From Camelus ferus (lineage: Eukaryota): a DNA stretch of 64,000 nt. Within the stretch, counting starts at the first letter, position 1. Each line of letters opens with the position of its first letter. Position numbers and translations under genes: made by a program. The notes under the pieces are model-generated. The model was not told where the DNA came from, searched no databases, and worked only from the letters and a program-made list of their open reading frames with translations. The stretch lies in the NCBI RefSeq assembly GCF_009834535.1, contig NC_045697.1, positions 53,384,001-53,448,000 on the forward strand. Reading direction: 5' to 3'. This document shows, in pieces, positions 61,096 to 64,000 of the stretch.

Positions 61096-62925
61096 AATTA
61101 GGAGATAAACCAAGATATAATTTCTTTTTGGAATTCTGTGGTGTCCCGTAGACCTAGTTAATTTTTTTTCCTTATGGTAAGGCACCTTAGATTCTGCAAA
61201 ACAGTCCCTAATTGCACTCGCCCACAGTTTCCATCAAATACATGGAATGTTGTCTGTTCTCTTGCACCAGCAACACCACAGTGAATAATTTCTGTATAGG
61301 GGTCTTCCCCTTTCACTTGAATTCTAGGTGTCCTACCTGGCAGGAAGGTAAGTTCAGTAACTGCTCTCCTATCCGCAGTGGATCCAGTTATTAATCTGTG
61401 CAGTGGAAACCCCCAGCTTTGCAGTAGTTAACGTTTTACTCTAAACTGCATTCTGCTATAGGAAAAGGTTTCAGTCATGATTGTACCATTCTCTTTGTAA
61501 AACCCTGGGTCCTGCTTTTTGGGGAACAGCTCACAATGCCGAAAACACTGGCAGGGAGTGCAGCCAGTAGATCCTATGGCATCACAGGAGGAGCTGTCAT
61601 CAGGGAGTGGCACCTGCTAAGGCACAAACCAAGACTATGGCTACAAATTGCTTATTGCCCAGTAGTCTGTGCTGTAGCACCTCACTGGCTGCTGGTTCTC
61701 CCTACAATGTGTCCGTGTCTTTGATGTGTTGAAGAAACCCAGTCTTTCTGAATTTTGAAATCCTGCATTCCAAATGTTTTTGATTGCTTTCTTGGTTGCT
61801 GTTATGTTAACTTGTTCTTTTATCCCCCATATATCCTGGAGACTGGAAGTTAGATCTAAAGGTTATATTAAATTCAAGCTGATTATTTTTTAAGACTACT
61901 TCATACAAAATTTTATATTTCACATTGCATCACATCAGAAGACAAGTAATGTCTGGTTCTCTCACATTTGGTGATACCAATTGATCAGCAGGTTTGGGGG
62001 ATGACAGACTATTCTGTTTACATAATGGTGCTGTTTTCCTCTGGAAAAAAAATCTTGGCGTTGACTTAGGTGGATTTGAGTAATATTGGTTTTTCTTATT
62101 CCATCATTCATACTGCATTTATTTTGAAAAATTTCCTGTAGAGACAAACATTCCCTCATGCACTGGGTCTTTAGAGACTCTGAAATCCAGCTTAAGACAG
62201 GATACATGAAAAGGACCAAAGGTGTTCTTTCTGAAGTGCTCAGAACAATTTGGTAGAAATTGAGATCAAAGGCTAGAAGAGGACATAAGAGATTATTTGA
62301 CTTAGCTATCAGTTTTAAAACCATTAAGATTTAAAATCAAAGTCAAATTAATTCTGTCATCCTATACTGTTTATAACAAGTTACACATTTCAAGATAATG
62401 TGAACTTGGACTGAGTGCCAATCGGATAAGAGAAAAAGGAGGGTGTATAGGGGGTAATGGGAGGAGTTTGAACAATTAGAATCTTGGTATTTTCTGAACT
62501 AGCTTGAGATGACAACTAAGAAATCTTCTAATTTTCTTTTTTGGTAAACATTTTCTTCTTTACGGAGCATTCTTTCTCCATATTTCCACAAGTTTACATA
62601 TCTATTTACATATATTTTGTGTCCTTATGAGGTCCCCAATTGTCTTAATTCCTCTGTTTCTTTTCCTTCTTTTGAAGTGTCCTAAGTGCAGAACATGTGG
62701 TTTCTCCACTTTTGCAATCTGTCTTCTCCAGTAATTACTCACAGATATTTACTACTACATTAAGTAAAATCTCCTGAGTCAAGCCAAAAAGGCCGTTCAC
62801 AATAAACAATCATTTATCTCGCAAACTTTATCTCCTACTCAGTATTTAGTAGTTTGTATTCTATGACACTCTACTGATAATTGCTTTAGGACAATGCCCT
62901 TGATTTTTTAACTTCCTTTGAGAAT

Positions 62926-63085
62926 ATTTGGTCCTGTCCAAAATGTCCATAAAGCATTTTAGTCCATAAGCATTTGGTCCATAAGACATTTGGTCCATGC
63001 CAAAAGGTCCTTGAAATTTGCTTCTATCCAAGACATCTATGACCATATTTGGTCCATGCCACATGGTTTTGGACAAACCCAAATG
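62926..63085. repeat. Irregular tandem array of (C)ATTTGGTCC(AT) units
   Basis: Copies at 62926, 62972, 62988 and 63047 plus degenerate units. Confidence 0.75.
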
Positions 63086-64000
63086 TCTGCTAACCTTTAA
63101 TTTCTGCATTTGTTCATACTGCTGTCTTTGGCTGTTATTACCTTTCCATTCTCCTTGCCTGCTAAAATTCTACACATCTTTCAAGGTCATTTCAAGTTTA
63201 TTATTTCACAGTAGCTTTTTCATGTCTTATTCTTATGACTCCCAGAGCCCTGTTTCATATTTCCTTTCTTATTTTATGTTCTTTCATATAGCAAAATATT
63301 TATAGAGTTCACAGATGTATTCATTCATTCATACATTTTTCAATTATAGAATAAAATACAATGCTAGGGGAAGTGAAGTTTGAATGTATCATGGATTCTT
63401 TGTTGAACATGGAATGGCTTATAAAATATTCTTTAAGCATTCTTTTCAAAACTCTAAATAAAATAGACCCCATAAGCAATCAGGCTACAAACTATTAGCT
63501 AAGTTATTTTGTTTTCCTTTTGATGTATTATGGTGCCTGACACAACCATGTAAAACTTTGCAGGGAGAAGAATGATCATGGCACTTTCCCCTGCTCTACG
63601 AGGATATCCAAGAGACGATGATAATCCCTAAAATGAAAGAAAAGAGACAGGAACCTGCAGAGGATTTTCAAAAAGGAATACTAGCAACTAAATGCAATTT
63701 GTACGACTTTGTGAAGCAGTGGATTCTGAAGCTGGAGCTAATAGAAAATTATTAGGGAAGTGGTAGCTCTTCAATGAATGGAGTCACTAGTTTGATGATA
63801 AACACAAGAGAAAAAACGTTTTAGGAATTAAAACATATATTACACATTAAAATTTAATCACATGTCTAAAGGATTCAAATTTCTACAGACACAGGCTGGC
63901 AGACCAAGTCTTCCAATGGAAATTGAAACCAGTTGCATGCATTATGCATTATGCTGCCTCATCGTATATTGAACATTGAAGCTGTCTTCTTCTAAGAGTC

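Noticed and set aside
59976..61724. Dense cluster of 60-105-aa ORFs
   Set aside because: Explained by the GC-rich L1 5'UTR and flanking old repeat sequence.

Overview
AT-rich mammalian genomic DNA from the casein locus of an Old World camel. The spliced beta- and alpha-s1-casein proteins match my recollection of the Camelus sequences, probably dromedary. CSN2 exons 2-9 lie on + (1489-~7303; exon 1 is upstream of the window; 232 aa). The complete 21-exon CSN1S1 lies on - (TSS ~30377 to ~13906; 230 aa), convergent with CSN2 and only ~6.6 kb from it. About 10-15 kb upstream of CSN1S1, on - at ~40487-45386, there is a six-exon gene that the ORF track essentially misses. It encodes signal peptide + REG4/lithostathine-like C-type lectin domain + stalk + hydrophobic C-terminal anchor, with REG-type intron positions and phases. 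It carries four disabling lesions, so it looks like a membrane- or GPI-anchored REG-like pseudogene. Also present: a STAT5 GAS-motif cluster (47.2-50.7 kb), a CTCF motif pointing into the locus (54.3 kb), a 38-bp inverted repeat, and many LINE, LTR, SINE and MER relics. All repeat-family names are by eye and unverified.
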